Shown in pieces: positions 29,884 to 39,232 of a stretch of 64,000 nucleotides of DNA; position 1 is the first letter of the stretch, and each line of letters starts with the position of its first letter. The notes under the pieces are model-generated. The model saw nothing but the letters and a program-made list of their open reading frames with translations, did not search any database and was not told the origin of the DNA. This DNA is from a virus (taxonomy: Duplodnaviria > Caudoviricetes). A program made the translations under genes and the position numbers. The stretch is from positions 2,017 through 66,016 of IMG/VR virus record IMGVR_UViG_3300031857_000140; one strand, 5' to 3'.

Positions 29884-31668
29884 CTAAGTTAGCTCAATCT
29901 TCCTGGAATCCAAATACATCGGGGAAAAAGTTTTCTTTCCGAAGATTGGGTACATCCCTGTCCGGTCGTTATTAAGCTGAAAGATAACTGGCTGGTCGAA
30001 CGGAGTGGGCGAGCCACCGGTCTCGGTGTTGCGCACTTTACGCACGTGAATCTCCGTTCTGAATCGCATCTCTGGCTCAGGGTGCAAAACCTTACGGTGA
30101 AACGTAACAAACGAATCAGCACGGTTAACCCACTTGCCGCCACCTTCGGTGTCCTCCGCAAAGGGAGCCACTGGCAAGCCATCGGGCCCCTTTCTCCGAA
30201 CAGCTTCTGTAATGGCGTGTGTGTTTACCCACACCGCCATATCGTTCTGCGTAGCGAAGGTTAGGAACTCAGAGGCGGCCTCGTAGTGGTATTCGTGAGA
30301 GGTTATGCCTGAGCTGTTCTTACCCACGGTAATCTTCAAGCTGTTGTATGGGTCGATTAGGTATCCATCATAGCGCTCCTGACGTACCAGCTTCTCCGCA
30401 AAAACCATCAGGTCTGCATAGCTATACACCTGCGCGTTGCTGATGATGGTGAAGTGCTTGTTGACCCACTTGAATGCCTCGCTGCGTTCTTCGTGGCGCA
30501 TCATGTCAATGGGCTTGTCGAGCAAGAACTCCATAAGCCGCATCTTAAAGGATGCGGTCTTGTTCTCGCTGGAATAGACCACCCATCGCCAGCCATGCAG
30601 CACAGCTGATGATACCATAAGGAACTGAGCCATCGTGGTCTTACCCACGTTGCTATGACCATTGATTATGGTGAACTCCTTCTTAAATAAGAAATACTTA
30701 TCAAGCCATTCGAATCCAGTGGTGAGTCCGCGGACAATCTCTCCACGCGCAAACTTCTCAATCCAGTTGTAGTCTGAATCATCGGATGAGATGAACGACA
30801 TATCCCCATCGTTGATTTGCATATCTCTGCGGATACGCGCCTCGTCTTCGATGACATCACGGATGGGCATCCGCTTGCCTTCCTCGATTCCATCTCGGAT
30901 GGTCTTGCGTGCATTAGCCGGGTCTTCTACGTTTTCTTTCTTGAGAATCTCACGGATAAGGACACGCTCGGCTTCATCTTCCTCCATCCGACCGGCGGCA
31001 ATATAGCCGCCGCAAAGGATGGCTGCACGAAGTAGTATGGCGTGCTTCTCTCCGTCTTGCGCACGGCGCACCATGCGTGCCACGATGTTGAGCTTCTCGT
31101 AGTCGGTATGCAGCTCTTGGATTTGAGCTACTTGCTGCTCCTGCTGCTCCTTGAGCATACCGCCGAACACCTTGCTGTTCTCGTTGAGGACAAGCTCTGG
31201 GTCGTAGCTCTCAAAACACGCACGAGATTCATTAACTCCCGATGGGTCGGCCATGAGTCCATAGGTGCTATCAAAGTACGACTGGAGCGACCGGAAGTGC
31301 TCTCTGTGGCGCTCTGGGTTGCTTACTCGTACGAGGGCTTTGAGGCCCTCTCCCGAAGGAGAAATCCAGCAGGCATACACATACTCATCCGTAGAGAGCA
31401 GAGCCTTTGAGGCCTCTGCGTTTACGTGGTCAAAGTCAAGCACGATAAGGCCGCTGTGTGCCTCAAGCGCATCGTCCTTTCTCGTGGTGAAGACCCCGGA
31501 GAAAAGGGCTACAGGCAAAGACCTTTTGAGCTCGCTGTTTCCTGCTCGGATAGCAAGAATGTTATCCATGCTCTTGCCGCTTACAATGCGCTCAAGGGCG
31601 GCCTTGACATCTATGTAGTGCGGCTTGTCCGTTTTGGTGACGGACTGAAACATTGTGATGGTGCTCAT
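29884..31668 (-). CDS. Primase-helicase fusion (BT4734/VirE-N primase domain plus SF4 helicase)
   Basis: LKRSLP..FSG.F, GLIVLDFDH, ISPSGEGLK; Walker A GHSNVGKT; LIDPYN; VRKVRN. Confidence 0.85.
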   Translation of the reverse strand: MSTITMFQSVTKTDKPHYIDVKAALERIVSGKSMDNILAIRAGNSELKRSLPVALFSGVFTTRKDDALEAHSGLIVLDFDHVNAEASKALLSTDEYVYACWISPSGEGLKALVRVSNPERHREHFRSLQSYFDSTYGLMADPSGVNESRACFESYDPELVLNENSKVFGGMLKEQQEQQVAQIQELHTDYEKLNIVARMVRRAQDGEKHAILLRAAILCGGYIAAGRMEEDEAERVLIREILKKENVEDPANARKTIRDGIEEGKRMPIRDVIEDEARIRRDMQINDGDMSFISSDDSDYNWIEKFARGEIVRGLTTGFEWLDKYFLFKKEFTIINGHSNVGKTTMAQFLMVSSAVLHGWRWVVYSSENKTASFKMRLMEFLLDKPIDMMRHEERSEAFKWVNKHFTIISNAQVYSYADLMVFAEKLVRQERYDGYLIDPYNSLKITVGKNSSGITSHEYHYEAASEFLTFATQNDMAVWVNTHAITEAVRRKGPDGLPVAPFAEDTEGGGKWVNRADSFVTFHRKVLHPEPEMRFRTEIHVRKVRNTETGGSPTPFDQPVIFQLNNDRTGMYPIFGKKTFSPMYLDSRKIELT

Positions 31669-31964
31669 TTGAATTCTTTGTCGTAGTCTTTTTCCTTGTG
31701 AAAAAACGAGCGAGATATGGGCTTGCTTTCGTAAATCTTGATGACACGAAAGTTGTGCACGACCTTGCTACCAATAACTGCGCTCTGCAGTGAATTGATT
31801 ATGTCTTTCGACCTATTCATCGAAAGCAAATCCTTTGCCCTTGATACCATTTGAATGGGCACCTCTTCGGTGCCCTTCGTGTTTGATATAAGGTTCTTTC
31901 CTTTCTTGGTGTGCCAGAACACCTGCAGCTTGTGCAGGTATATCATCTGCCCCTCTTCAGACAT
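31665..31964 (-). CDS. Hypothetical protein
   Basis: Basic ORF abutting both neighbours; start chosen to avoid overlap. Confidence 0.55.
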   Translation of the reverse strand: MSEEGQMIYLHKLQVFWHTKKGKNLISNTKGTEEVPIQMVSRAKDLLSMNRSKDIINSLQSAVIGSKVVHNFRVIKIYESKPISRSFFHKEKDYDKEFK

Positions 31965-31965
31965 A

Positions 31966-32493
31966 CTAAAGAGCCTTTGCCAATACCAGTTCTTCGGTGG
32001 TGATGGGATTATATAGCTCGTACTCTTGTATTGCTTCGACAAGCGATGTAGCCCTAACTACCGGAGCTATGTACTTGTCGTTCTTTTCCATGTAGTACGT
32101 GAGCATATAATCCTTATACACTCTGTTCTTTTCTTTGTTGGAGACCATGTGCTTTATTTGAAGTGCGCCATCTCGGAACCTTGCAGTGTACCACGAATCG
32201 TAGTATCCTCCGCTTGGAGTTAAGGATAGTGCGGTGTTGTGTTTTTTGATGCTGTGCAATGTGCTTGGATGGTCTCTGCTAAAGAGGTCCCCAAGCTCCA
32301 TTAGTGAAAGTCCGGTGTTCTCTCGAAGGTAGCCCCACACCATGCGGCGTGTCTCTACGGCATTACGCTCGCGCGTCTTATCGTAGAGCAATGAAGGCGA
32401 CACCTTGTTGATGCTGCAGAATACGTTTATCACAATGTCAATCAGCGCGTGTACGCTAATTGCCCTTGGTTCATTCTCGTTAGTATCGCTCAT
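31966..32493 (-). CDS. DnaA domain IV-like helix-turn-helix protein
   Basis: KTRERNAVETRRMVWGYLRENTGLSLMELGDLFSRDHPSTLHSIKK resembles Bac_DnaA_C (R....AR...YL...T..SL..IG..F.RDHSTV.H). Confidence 0.75.
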   Translation of the reverse strand: MSDTNENEPRAISVHALIDIVINVFCSINKVSPSLLYDKTRERNAVETRRMVWGYLRENTGLSLMELGDLFSRDHPSTLHSIKKHNTALSLTPSGGYYDSWYTARFRDGALQIKHMVSNKEKNRVYKDYMLTYYMEKNDKYIAPVVRATSLVEAIQEYELYNPITTEELVLAKAL

Positions 32494-32944
32494 GGTATGT
32501 GAGGTTGTCGTATTCGTTTGGACCAAAGTATACCCACGCTGTCATCGGCGTATCAATCTCATCAATGGTGATGCTTGTCTCTCGGCGGCGGTACCACAGC
32601 GGATGGCCTTCCAAGATGTCAAGGCGGCGAAGCGCATTCTTGTTTACCAAGTATAGCTCTACCTCCACGTTGTAGCCCTTGTTCTTCTTGTAGAGAAGAA
32701 ACGGAAGACCACCTTGGCGGATTACGAGCGGGTATTTCTCGGTGGTCTTTCCTTTGCCCACAAAGATGGCATCCTCCAGTAGGAAGTTGTTACCATATCC
32801 GCTTTTCAGCGTGCCGTACACGGCAACAGCTATATCGTTATCTAAAACATTATGCTCCCCCTGCATACCAGTAGGCTTAGATAATACTCCAGATAGTCTT
32901 TCGTTCCGCTCATTATTGGATTGCTGTCCCATGTTAGTTTCCAT
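32480..32944 (-). CDS. Gamma-glutamylcyclotransferase (AIG2-like)
   Basis: VAVYGTLKSG..N, V.VELY.V, LDILEG.P..Y.R, AWVY. Confidence 0.85.
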   Translation of the reverse strand: METNMGQQSNNERNERLSGVLSKPTGMQGEHNVLDNDIAVAVYGTLKSGYGNNFLLEDAIFVGKGKTTEKYPLVIRQGGLPFLLYKKNKGYNVEVELYLVNKNALRRLDILEGHPLWYRRRETSITIDEIDTPMTAWVYFGPNEYDNLTYHERY

Positions 32945-32989
32945 TGTTTTGAATTTTCGTCGTAAGTAATTTGGAATGACTGATAGAAG

Positions 32990-33181
32990 TCACTCCTGCG
33001 TTTTCCCTGCCTCATCTGCCTTCCTATTTATCCATCTGCTGTACATCTTCGCGGCAACAGCTAATCGCTGCGGCGCGAACTTATAGGTGCTCTTTAGGCG
33101 TGCTTGCGCGATGCGCATGAACTGGTTCATCTGTTCTTCATTCTTCTTAAGGAAGAATCTTTGTAGGTCGTATAGGGTCAT
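32990..33181 (-). CDS. Hypothetical protein
   Basis: Small ORF in operon. Confidence 0.5.
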   Translation of the reverse strand: MTLYDLQRFFLKKNEEQMNQFMRIAQARLKSTYKFAPQRLAVAAKMYSRWINRKADEAGKTQE

Positions 33182-33576
33182 AGTAAATCTGTTGCTTTGA
33201 TTAGAACTCCAAGCGAGGTGTTTTCATCTCCGCCCGGGACATTTTTACGTTCATACTTAGTCCTGCACAAGTCCTTGAGTCGGTTGGTAGACACAATGAC
33301 AAGGTATAGGATGTCGTCTTCTTCCATGAATACTTCGTTATCCTTATGTCGGCATCCCTTTTCGGATGCCGCAATAAGCACCCAGTAGTCTGCCTCGGTC
33401 GTGGCTATGCCCGAAGGCTTGCCACGCGATGAGTACTCGATGTAGAAGTTACCAGTGCGATAGGTTGCGAAGTCCAGTTTGACTTCAACGGTTGTGTTGC
33501 TGAGCAGCTTGCCCAAAAGCAGTTCGCCCATTTTTCCGATGCGCAGGTCATGACGGAAATCAGAATTGTACTCCAT
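33178..33576 (-). CDS. PD-(D/E)XK-like nuclease
   Basis: GE...VEVK.D....TGNFYIEY..RGKPSGIATTEADYW. Confidence 0.6.
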   Translation of the reverse strand: MEYNSDFRHDLRIGKMGELLLGKLLSNTTVEVKLDFATYRTGNFYIEYSSRGKPSGIATTEADYWVLIAASEKGCRHKDNEVFMEEDDILYLVIVSTNRLKDLCRTKYERKNVPGGDENTSLGVLIKATDLL

Positions 33577-33597
33577 CGCAGAAGAAAAGATGATAGT

Positions 33598-33633
33598 GAA
33601 AAGAAAAGAGGGCGGCTATAAGGCCGCCCCCTT
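33598..33633 (-). terminator. Rho-independent terminator
   Basis: Minus strand GGGCGGC-cttata-GCCGCCC plus T-tract. Confidence 0.8.
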
Positions 33634-33637
33634 ATAC

Positions 33638-33913
33638 TTAGAACGGCAAGTCGTCGTCGGCACCGGCGGGAGCCTTCGATGCACCCGGCTTGGTGCTTGC
33701 TGCTTTGGGATTGAACACGCTAATGAAGGCGCTGTCGTCCGTCTTGATAACGAAGTCAAGGTTTACGCTACCACGTGCGGTAAGGTATTTCTTGAGCTCA
33801 TCAAGCTGTTCAGACTTGAACGAGATTGAGTACTTGCGTACGCCTGAATCGTAAGACTTAAGCTCGCCTACGTATCCAATATAGATGTCTTTCTTTTCCA
33901 TTTTGATTGACAA
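33638..33913 (-). CDS. Putative single-stranded DNA-binding protein
   Basis: Small beta-rich protein with acidic DDDLPF tail, next to exonuclease. Confidence 0.6.
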   Translation of the reverse strand: MSIKMEKKDIYIGYVGELKSYDSGVRKYSISFKSEQLDELKKYLTARGSVNLDFVIKTDDSAFISVFNPKAASTKPGASKAPAGADDDLPF

Positions 33914-34699
33914 TTAAATTTCCCCTTCAAGGTAGAACGAGCTGGAAGGCTTGTCCCTTTCAAAGTGCTCTCGGATGGTGTTAATCGCCCGATTGAACTT
34001 CTCCTCACCGAAGCGAAGGGTTTGCTCCGATGCTTTGTATACGGCAGGGACATAAGGGAAAGACTTCTCTTGGGTGACCCAGTAGAAGTCCTCATATCCG
34101 AAGACCTTGCAGTAAAGATACGCCTGAATATCGTACCCTAAGTATTTTACGTCAGAACGAAATGCTGACATTGAACGTGTTGTCTTGGAATCAGAGATGA
34201 ATCCATTGCCCTTGCAGTCGAGGAATCCCCTAAAAGGGATTCCGTCTACCTCTTCGTTGAACTCAACCTGGTAGTCTCCACTCAGGTAGATTTCAATGAT
34301 GCCGCATTCGTTAAGTCGGTCCACCATGTCAATGATTTGCTGGTGGTCATCGAGGCTAAGGATGGTGCGCTCACCAATGGATGCATCCATTTCGTTCTTC
34401 CACTCTTTGTAGACGCTTGTAGCACGAGGGCTTTTGGCTCCATCAGCCAACAGCTTCTCAATGATGTGCGTATCATCCATTACAAAGAAGCGTTCATCAA
34501 ACGCTTCGGGGGTAAACAGCAGGCAGTCGTATGCGCTTCCGAACTGAAGAGCCTCGCTGTCCTTCTTGAGCTTGCCCATCATGTACATCTCAAAGAGCGC
34601 GATGTCTTGCAGTGCGTACTTGATAGAGCTGTAGGATAGGTATGGCTTCCCAGTGCGCTCAATCATCTGGGTAATCCACTTGTCTTTCTTCTTAGCCAT
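33914..34699 (-). CDS. RecE/ExoVIII-like PD-(D/E)XK exonuclease
   Basis: LSYSSIK, FGSAYD, FRGFLD...DSKTT, YDIQAYLY, FYWVTQEK. Confidence 0.8.
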   Translation of the reverse strand: MAKKKDKWITQMIERTGKPYLSYSSIKYALQDIALFEMYMMGKLKKDSEALQFGSAYDCLLFTPEAFDERFFVMDDTHIIEKLLADGAKSPRATSVYKEWKNEMDASIGERTILSLDDHQQIIDMVDRLNECGIIEIYLSGDYQVEFNEEVDGIPFRGFLDCKGNGFISDSKTTRSMSAFRSDVKYLGYDIQAYLYCKVFGYEDFYWVTQEKSFPYVPAVYKASEQTLRFGEEKFNRAINTIREHFERDKPSSSFYLEGEI

Positions 34700-34946
34700 T
34701 GTGGTATTTGTTGCTTAGTGAATTGTATGCCCCTTGCAGTTGGTCGGCTACCTCTTTTGCCTGCTTGGTTTCTATCATGTCTACAACGCTGATTGCTTTC
34801 TCAAGTTCTTCCATTGCCGTAACCATAGCTGGCACGTTGTATGAGCTACCGTAGTTAGATAGGATTCGGCCTGCAAGCATTTCAGCTTCCTTCTTTTTGA
34901 TATGTGGATGTTCCTTGAAATACTCAAGGTATTCTGATGGTTTCAT
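34692..34946 (-). CDS. Hypothetical protein
   Basis: ORF in tightly packed operon. Confidence 0.5.
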   Translation of the reverse strand: MKPSEYLEYFKEHPHIKKKEAEMLAGRILSNYGSSYNVPAMVTAMEELEKAISVVDMIETKQAKEVADQLQGAYNSLSNKYHNG

Positions 34947-35084
34947 TTCAATTTCTCTATGATTAAACTAAGTGCGTTGACATATCCTTCCCAGTACTTG
35001 GATTCGGTATCTCTACGGCTATACAAACATACGTTTCGATTGTATTGCGCCTTACGATATTGCTCAAGAATATCTTGGGATACG

Positions 35085-35417
35085 CTAATCTTTTCCATTC
35101 TTCTTTTTGGTTTTTTTGTTGCTTATGCTTTCCATATACTCATCATTGCGAATGCACATATCGCATACCCATTCAAATTCCCACATCTCATCTTCAGGAA
35201 ACTTTGGTTTTACATCATTCGGAGAGCCGCATCTATCGCATCGAATGCTATTCTCTAAGTCGTATGGAATCCATTCACCTGTATCCTTGAAGTCATTTGA
35301 TACCTCAACGTACCACAGGCCAAAGTCAAAGATGATAGACCACGTTACGTTTGGGTAGCGCAACCACGTTACGCCGATGGCGAACTGGTCAACGTATTTT
35401 CCTGATGTGATTTTCAT
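35085..35417 (-). CDS. Hypothetical protein with two CxxC motifs
   Basis: CDRC...CDMC. Confidence 0.5.
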   Translation of the reverse strand: MKITSGKYVDQFAIGVTWLRYPNVTWSIIFDFGLWYVEVSNDFKDTGEWIPYDLENSIRCDRCGSPNDVKPKFPEDEMWEFEWVCDMCIRNDEYMESISNKKTKKKNGKD

Positions 35418-35605
35418 TTCAATTTCTTTTCAAGGATTACTGCTAATGCTATAAGCAATACCCCAATGGTTAGCTGAATAGCGATTGGTGACAACACCCA
35501 CCACCAAGACCAATCGATATGGCCGGTAAGCTTTAGGGCAATGAATAAGAGTGTTAGGAGTCCAGAGAATCCAACGCTTGGGTATTTTTTTGGTTTGATT
35601 TCCAT
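35414..35605 (-). CDS. Small membrane protein
   Basis: LFIALKLTGHIDWSWWWVLSP motif common in phage membrane proteins. Confidence 0.7.
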   Translation of the reverse strand: MEIKPKKYPSVGFSGLLTLLFIALKLTGHIDWSWWWVLSPIAIQLTIGVLLIALAVILEKKLK

Positions 35606-35618
35606 TGTTAGGTTTTGT

Positions 35619-35798
35619 TTAGTTATTCGGAAATTCTCCGAGTTGGGTTTCATTTTTTGACAGCTCTACGATAAAGTCAGCGACCTTCTCGCACTGCTGT
35701 TTGTTTAGGAACTGAACGCTGCTAGAGTGGAACGTATGACGAATCTTATCGTACACCAACTTCTTTATCAGCTCCCACTTTTCTTCTTCTGTTCTCAT
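35619..35798 (-). CDS. Hypothetical protein (59 aa, MRTEEEKWEL...)
   Basis: Hand-translated; start lies inside the 25-bp repeat. Confidence 0.55.
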   Translation of the reverse strand: MRTEEEKWELIKKLVYDKIRHTFHSSSVQFLNKQQCEKVADFIVELSKNETQLGEFPNN

Positions 35799-36053
35799 CT
35801 CTCGTTGGTGTTAAAGGTTATGTATTTTTTTGAAATTTTTATCCTTTAAGTACTGCTTTCTCTTTTCTACTACTTTAAGTGCTTCATCGTATGTAGCCAC
35901 AATAGATTGACGTTTGTTATCATTCCAAGTGAAGTTAGGTAACAAACTATCAATGTATTCCCATTTAAACAAAAAGCATTGCTTTTCTTGTGCATAAAAC
36001 CCCTCTATTGTTTCTAATATTCTATACTTCATTTCTCGTTGGTGTTAAAGGTT
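35795..36053. repeat. 25-bp direct repeat TCATyTCTCGTTGGTGTTAAAGGTT at 35795-35819 and 36029-36053
   Basis: 24/25 identical, flanking gene 35811..36032. Confidence 0.9.
35811..36032 (-). CDS. AT-rich hypothetical protein (cassette-like)
   Basis: Start and stop both inside the repeats. Confidence 0.65.
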   Translation of the reverse strand: MKYRILETIEGFYAQEKQCFLFKWEYIDSLLPNFTWNDNKRQSIVATYDEALKVVEKRKQYLKDKNFKKIHNL

Positions 36054-36193
36054 TCGTTTAGGAGGTCTGCTAACTCTTGAGCATCTTCACCGATAGAGCC
36101 AATTATCTTTCCGTCTACAAGTACGTTGTATCCGTATTCATCACAGCATCCGTCTCCGCAGGTGTGCCAGTATGGTTGAAGTTCTATTTTCAT
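36029..36193 (-). CDS. Hypothetical protein (54 aa, CGDGCC motif, ends ETFNTNEK)
   Basis: Hand-translated; overlapping start/stop codons on both sides. Confidence 0.6.
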   Translation of the reverse strand: MKIELQPYWHTCGDGCCDEYGYNVLVDGKIIGSIGEDAQELADLLNETFNTNEK

Positions 36194-36492
36194 TTTAATT
36201 TACTCTTAATGTGTTCGTCAAAGTCTGAATACTTCAGTCCCCACGTTACACTGAACCACATCATCTCCTTCTCTGCATAGGCTGCTCGCAACTTAAGTTC
36301 TCGCATAAGGTACTTCTTGCCCCACTCCTCAAGTTGTTCGCCCTGAGCAACAGTCATAGTGTACTTCTGGTACCACTTGTCTACGCCAACGATGTCGTCG
36401 TAGTTCACGTCGTGTCCAGCAATCTCAAACATCTTATTGACGATGTCAATCATTGCCTTCTCCTTCTTTTGTTCTCTCGTTAGTCGTTTCAT
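36190..36492 (-). CDS. Hypothetical protein
   Basis: ORF with overlapping start/stop junctions. Confidence 0.6.
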   Translation of the reverse strand: MKRLTREQKKEKAMIDIVNKMFEIAGHDVNYDDIVGVDKWYQKYTMTVAQGEQLEEWGKKYLMRELKLRAAYAEKEMMWFSVTWGLKYSDFDEHIKSKLK

Positions 36493-36749
36493 TGCACATT
36501 ATGCTCAATTAGAATCTCCCAATAGTCGCCGTGGTCAACGAATCCTGATACGATTCCATCAAGCCCATACAGCGACATATTCGTGCCGACAGGTATATAT
36601 GGTCCCCCGCTTGGGTCAACGAATATGATGTTGTCATCGTTGTCCCATCCGAATCGTGTGTACTTGAAGTCTCCCTTCCAGTCAATGTTGCCGTTCTCAT
36701 TCTTTTCAAACGTGAACTCGTCTCCGTATCTGTTTGTGTACTTGCTCAT
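36489..36749 (-). CDS. Hypothetical protein
   Basis: NRYG...FVDPSGGPYI pattern. Confidence 0.6.
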   Translation of the reverse strand: MSKYTNRYGDEFTFEKNENGNIDWKGDFKYTRFGWDNDDNIIFVDPSGGPYIPVGTNMSLYGLDGIVSGFVDHGDYWEILIEHNVQ

Positions 36750-37108
36750 TGGAATGTTTGAATTTTAGCATCTACCTCTTTCAGCTCAGACCAAGTGCCC
36801 AAGTATGTGATAGCTCGCACCTTTCGGTTATCAATCCATACGTACTCCTGGCCATCCTTGATACGTGGCTTGTCCATCACCAGTCCGTGGTACTTGAAGC
36901 CATTGTCGCTTAACCACTTCTCAGTAACAGCTTTGTCCTTTGATTCCCTTGCGGTAAAGAACGTAATCACGTTACCCTCGTCGTACCATTTGTTGATGAT
37001 GCCAAGCGCATCAGGATAAGCAGATGCGCTGGCATACAGATGGCTGTCCTCGTTCTTGATGTCGTCGCATATCGTACCATCAATGTCTATAAGAAACACT
37101 CGTGTCAT
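36746..37108 (-). CDS. HAD-superfamily phosphatase
   Basis: IDIDGT, FFTAR, KP, WIDN. Confidence 0.85.
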   Translation of the reverse strand: MTRVFLIDIDGTICDDIKNEDSHLYASASAYPDALGIINKWYDEGNVITFFTARESKDKAVTEKWLSDNGFKYHGLVMDKPRIKDGQEYVWIDNRKVRAITYLGTWSELKEVDAKIQTFQ

Positions 37109-37521
37109 TGCTCAAGGTATTGGTAATGCGTTCCCTCGTTGCCGTTGGTTCCGATGATGTCCATTCGCCGGTTCAGCTCCTCTTCCATCTCTTCCCACTC
37201 TTGGTCGCGAGCGTGAGCGGAGCACGGCGTAATCGCCGGCTCTCGCTCTCCAGCTACGTAGATGTTAGATAGGGGCTGAGAGACAAACTCACGGATGCCT
37301 CGCTCGATGTTGAGATAGGTCTCCTCATCTTCTCCATCCCGGAAATTTCCATAGACAGAACCAAGCGTAGCCTCAAGCTCTTTTACCAATCCCTTGGCGT
37401 GGAACTTAGCACCCTTGCTGTATAGTTTACTATGGGTAAACTCATCCATGTACTCCAATCCAATCTGGAGGCAGGCCACCATCTTGATGATTGCCTCGTT
37501 GAGTTGTTCCTCGTTCTTCAT
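37105..37521 (-). CDS. Hypothetical protein
   Basis: ORF ending RMDIIGTNGNEGTHY. Confidence 0.55.
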   Translation of the reverse strand: MKNEEQLNEAIIKMVACLQIGLEYMDEFTHSKLYSKGAKFHAKGLVKELEATLGSVYGNFRDGEDEETYLNIERGIREFVSQPLSNIYVAGEREPAITPCSAHARDQEWEEMEEELNRRMDIIGTNGNEGTHYQYLEQ

Positions 37522-37694
37522 TCCCTATCCTTGTTGAAGGTATAGGCAACAGCTAAGAATCCTCCGAGCGCTACGAACGCCAGCTTTGTTGTTGCATCAT
37601 CGGCCACCAATAGACCGATAACGGATAGTATTGTACCGAAAAGGTATGTTTTCTTGTTGACCATTACTCGTCGCTTCTATCTGATGGTTCGTCG

Positions 37695-37729
37695 GAAAAA
37701 AGGAGCCAGGCCAAGACGGCCGTGACTCC
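37695..37729 (-). terminator. Rho-independent terminator after the SSAP gene
   Basis: Minus strand GGAGTCAcGGCC...GGCCTGGCTCC plus T6. Confidence 0.7.
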
Positions 37730-37776
37730 AATCATTCCGATTGCAAACGCTAACAATCCTAACGATTGTACTAACA

Positions 37777-38310
37777 TTAGGCCGTTACGTGTAAGCGAAG
37801 TGAGTGTGTCTGTTCCTCGCTGAGGATAGTACCATACTTAGAAATCACTGCATCAAAGCGTTTCTTGCGTTCAGGCGCATTGGCTCCCGCCTTGATATGC
37901 TCCGCAGCCTTCTCTAAGTCGGGGGCCGCCGATGCCTTGGGCGCAGATGGTAGCTCCTGCTTGGCGATAGCAAGCGATACTTCTTCTGCTGTTGCAATGG
38001 ATGACTCAACACCGATGCCGAGGAACCCAAGCGCACGACCTACGGCCGACGTCTCGCAGTTCTCCACGTACGATGTCTTGTTAATCATTGATGCCGACCG
38101 GTCTTCTTGAGCGAAGCCCGTAGCAGCGACAGCTCCCTTGCTGTCGCGTATGGTCGCCTTCATGACGCACATATCTGAGTCTATCGCTACCATCTCGGTC
38201 TCGATTGAATAGCCCTTGTACTCGGGCAGTTTACGCAGGGCAATAATGCGTTCGTTCACCTGAACGTACTCCTTGCCCTTGATGTTGGTTGTCTTTAGTT
38301 GGTAAGCCAT
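37777..38310 (-). CDS. Putative single-strand annealing recombinase (Rad52/Sak-like)
   Basis: IKGKEYVQVNERI...ENCETSAVGRAL..LGIG. Confidence 0.6.
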   Translation of the reverse strand: MAYQLKTTNIKGKEYVQVNERIIALRKLPEYKGYSIETEMVAIDSDMCVMKATIRDSKGAVAATGFAQEDRSASMINKTSYVENCETSAVGRALGFLGIGVESSIATAEEVSLAIAKQELPSAPKASAAPDLEKAAEHIKAGANAPERKKRFDAVISKYGTILSEEQTHSLRLHVTA

Positions 38311-38468
38311 TGATTTGAATTTGAATTAGTTAAAGTTAAGGAATCATTTTGAGTTGGACAAGTTGTACTGCATTACTTTCGCAATACCCTTGTCAAGTTC
38401 TACACCACAAGAGTAGTGCACAGATTGGATTTTTACCATCCAGTCGAGGTAGGACAATCGCTTCGGCG

Positions 38469-38807
38469 CTACGCCTTTGTCATTGCCACTTGAAATCTTG
38501 GTTCGAGCCATCCTTCTTGTATGTAAATGTTTCTAATGATATGCAGCATCTTCAGGAAGTGGGTTGCTGTTTGCAGCAGGCTCAGCTCCTTGTGGTGGTC
38601 TTTCCCAATGCGCTCATTGAGGAAGTGAATCTGTTCCCATGAGGTAGCACAGATTAGGTTGATGAATGACTTTCGGTTGTAGCGAGCTGACTCAATCAGC
38701 TCGTCGGCCCAGACGTGGTACTCGTTGTCCTTGGGGTTGGAGCCAAGTAACGAGTCCACCATCTGGTCAACCTTAGCATAGCTCGATTCTAATTTTCCAA
38801 ATACCAT
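38469..38807 (-). CDS. Hypothetical protein
   Basis: ORF on the coding strand of the block. Confidence 0.5.
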   Translation of the reverse strand: MVFGKLESSYAKVDQMVDSLLGSNPKDNEYHVWADELIESARYNRKSFINLICATSWEQIHFLNERIGKDHHKELSLLQTATHFLKMLHIIRNIYIQEGWLEPRFQVAMTKA

Positions 38808-39016
38808 AGGAATGCGAAAAATACCCAGGCAAGGAAGGCGATGAACGCCGCCTCTGCAATGATGTACACAAGCAAGCCGATAATCTTAGAATGTAGCGAG
38901 CCGTTGCCGGAGAACGCCATACGTATTGCAGTCAGGAAACTAACCATTCGATTGTTCTCATTATTAGGTAAAACAAAGCGTAGTGAGGAGCGTGGATAAC
39001 AATCCACGCAAGGGCC

Positions 39017-39232
39017 TCAATGTAGCGAGGGACTTTCTGTTTCTGTTCGTTCATGTAGGGTTAGGTATTTTTTGATTTCATCTATACTCTCCAAGCATTG
39101 CTTGGCTCTGAGGTTTATGCCCGGTATGTGCATAAGAGAGCTGTAGTCGTCCACGAAATGGAGGTTGGTCTCTATGCGAGCCAACTCCATCTCTATGGCG
39201 CTTTGCCAGGTGATTGATTCCCTAACGCTCAT
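39017..39232 (-). CDS. Hypothetical protein
   Basis: ORF overlapping upstream stop. Confidence 0.5.
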   Translation of the reverse strand: MSVRESITWQSAIEMELARIETNLHFVDDYSSLMHIPGINLRAKQCLESIDEIKKYLTLHERTETESPSLH

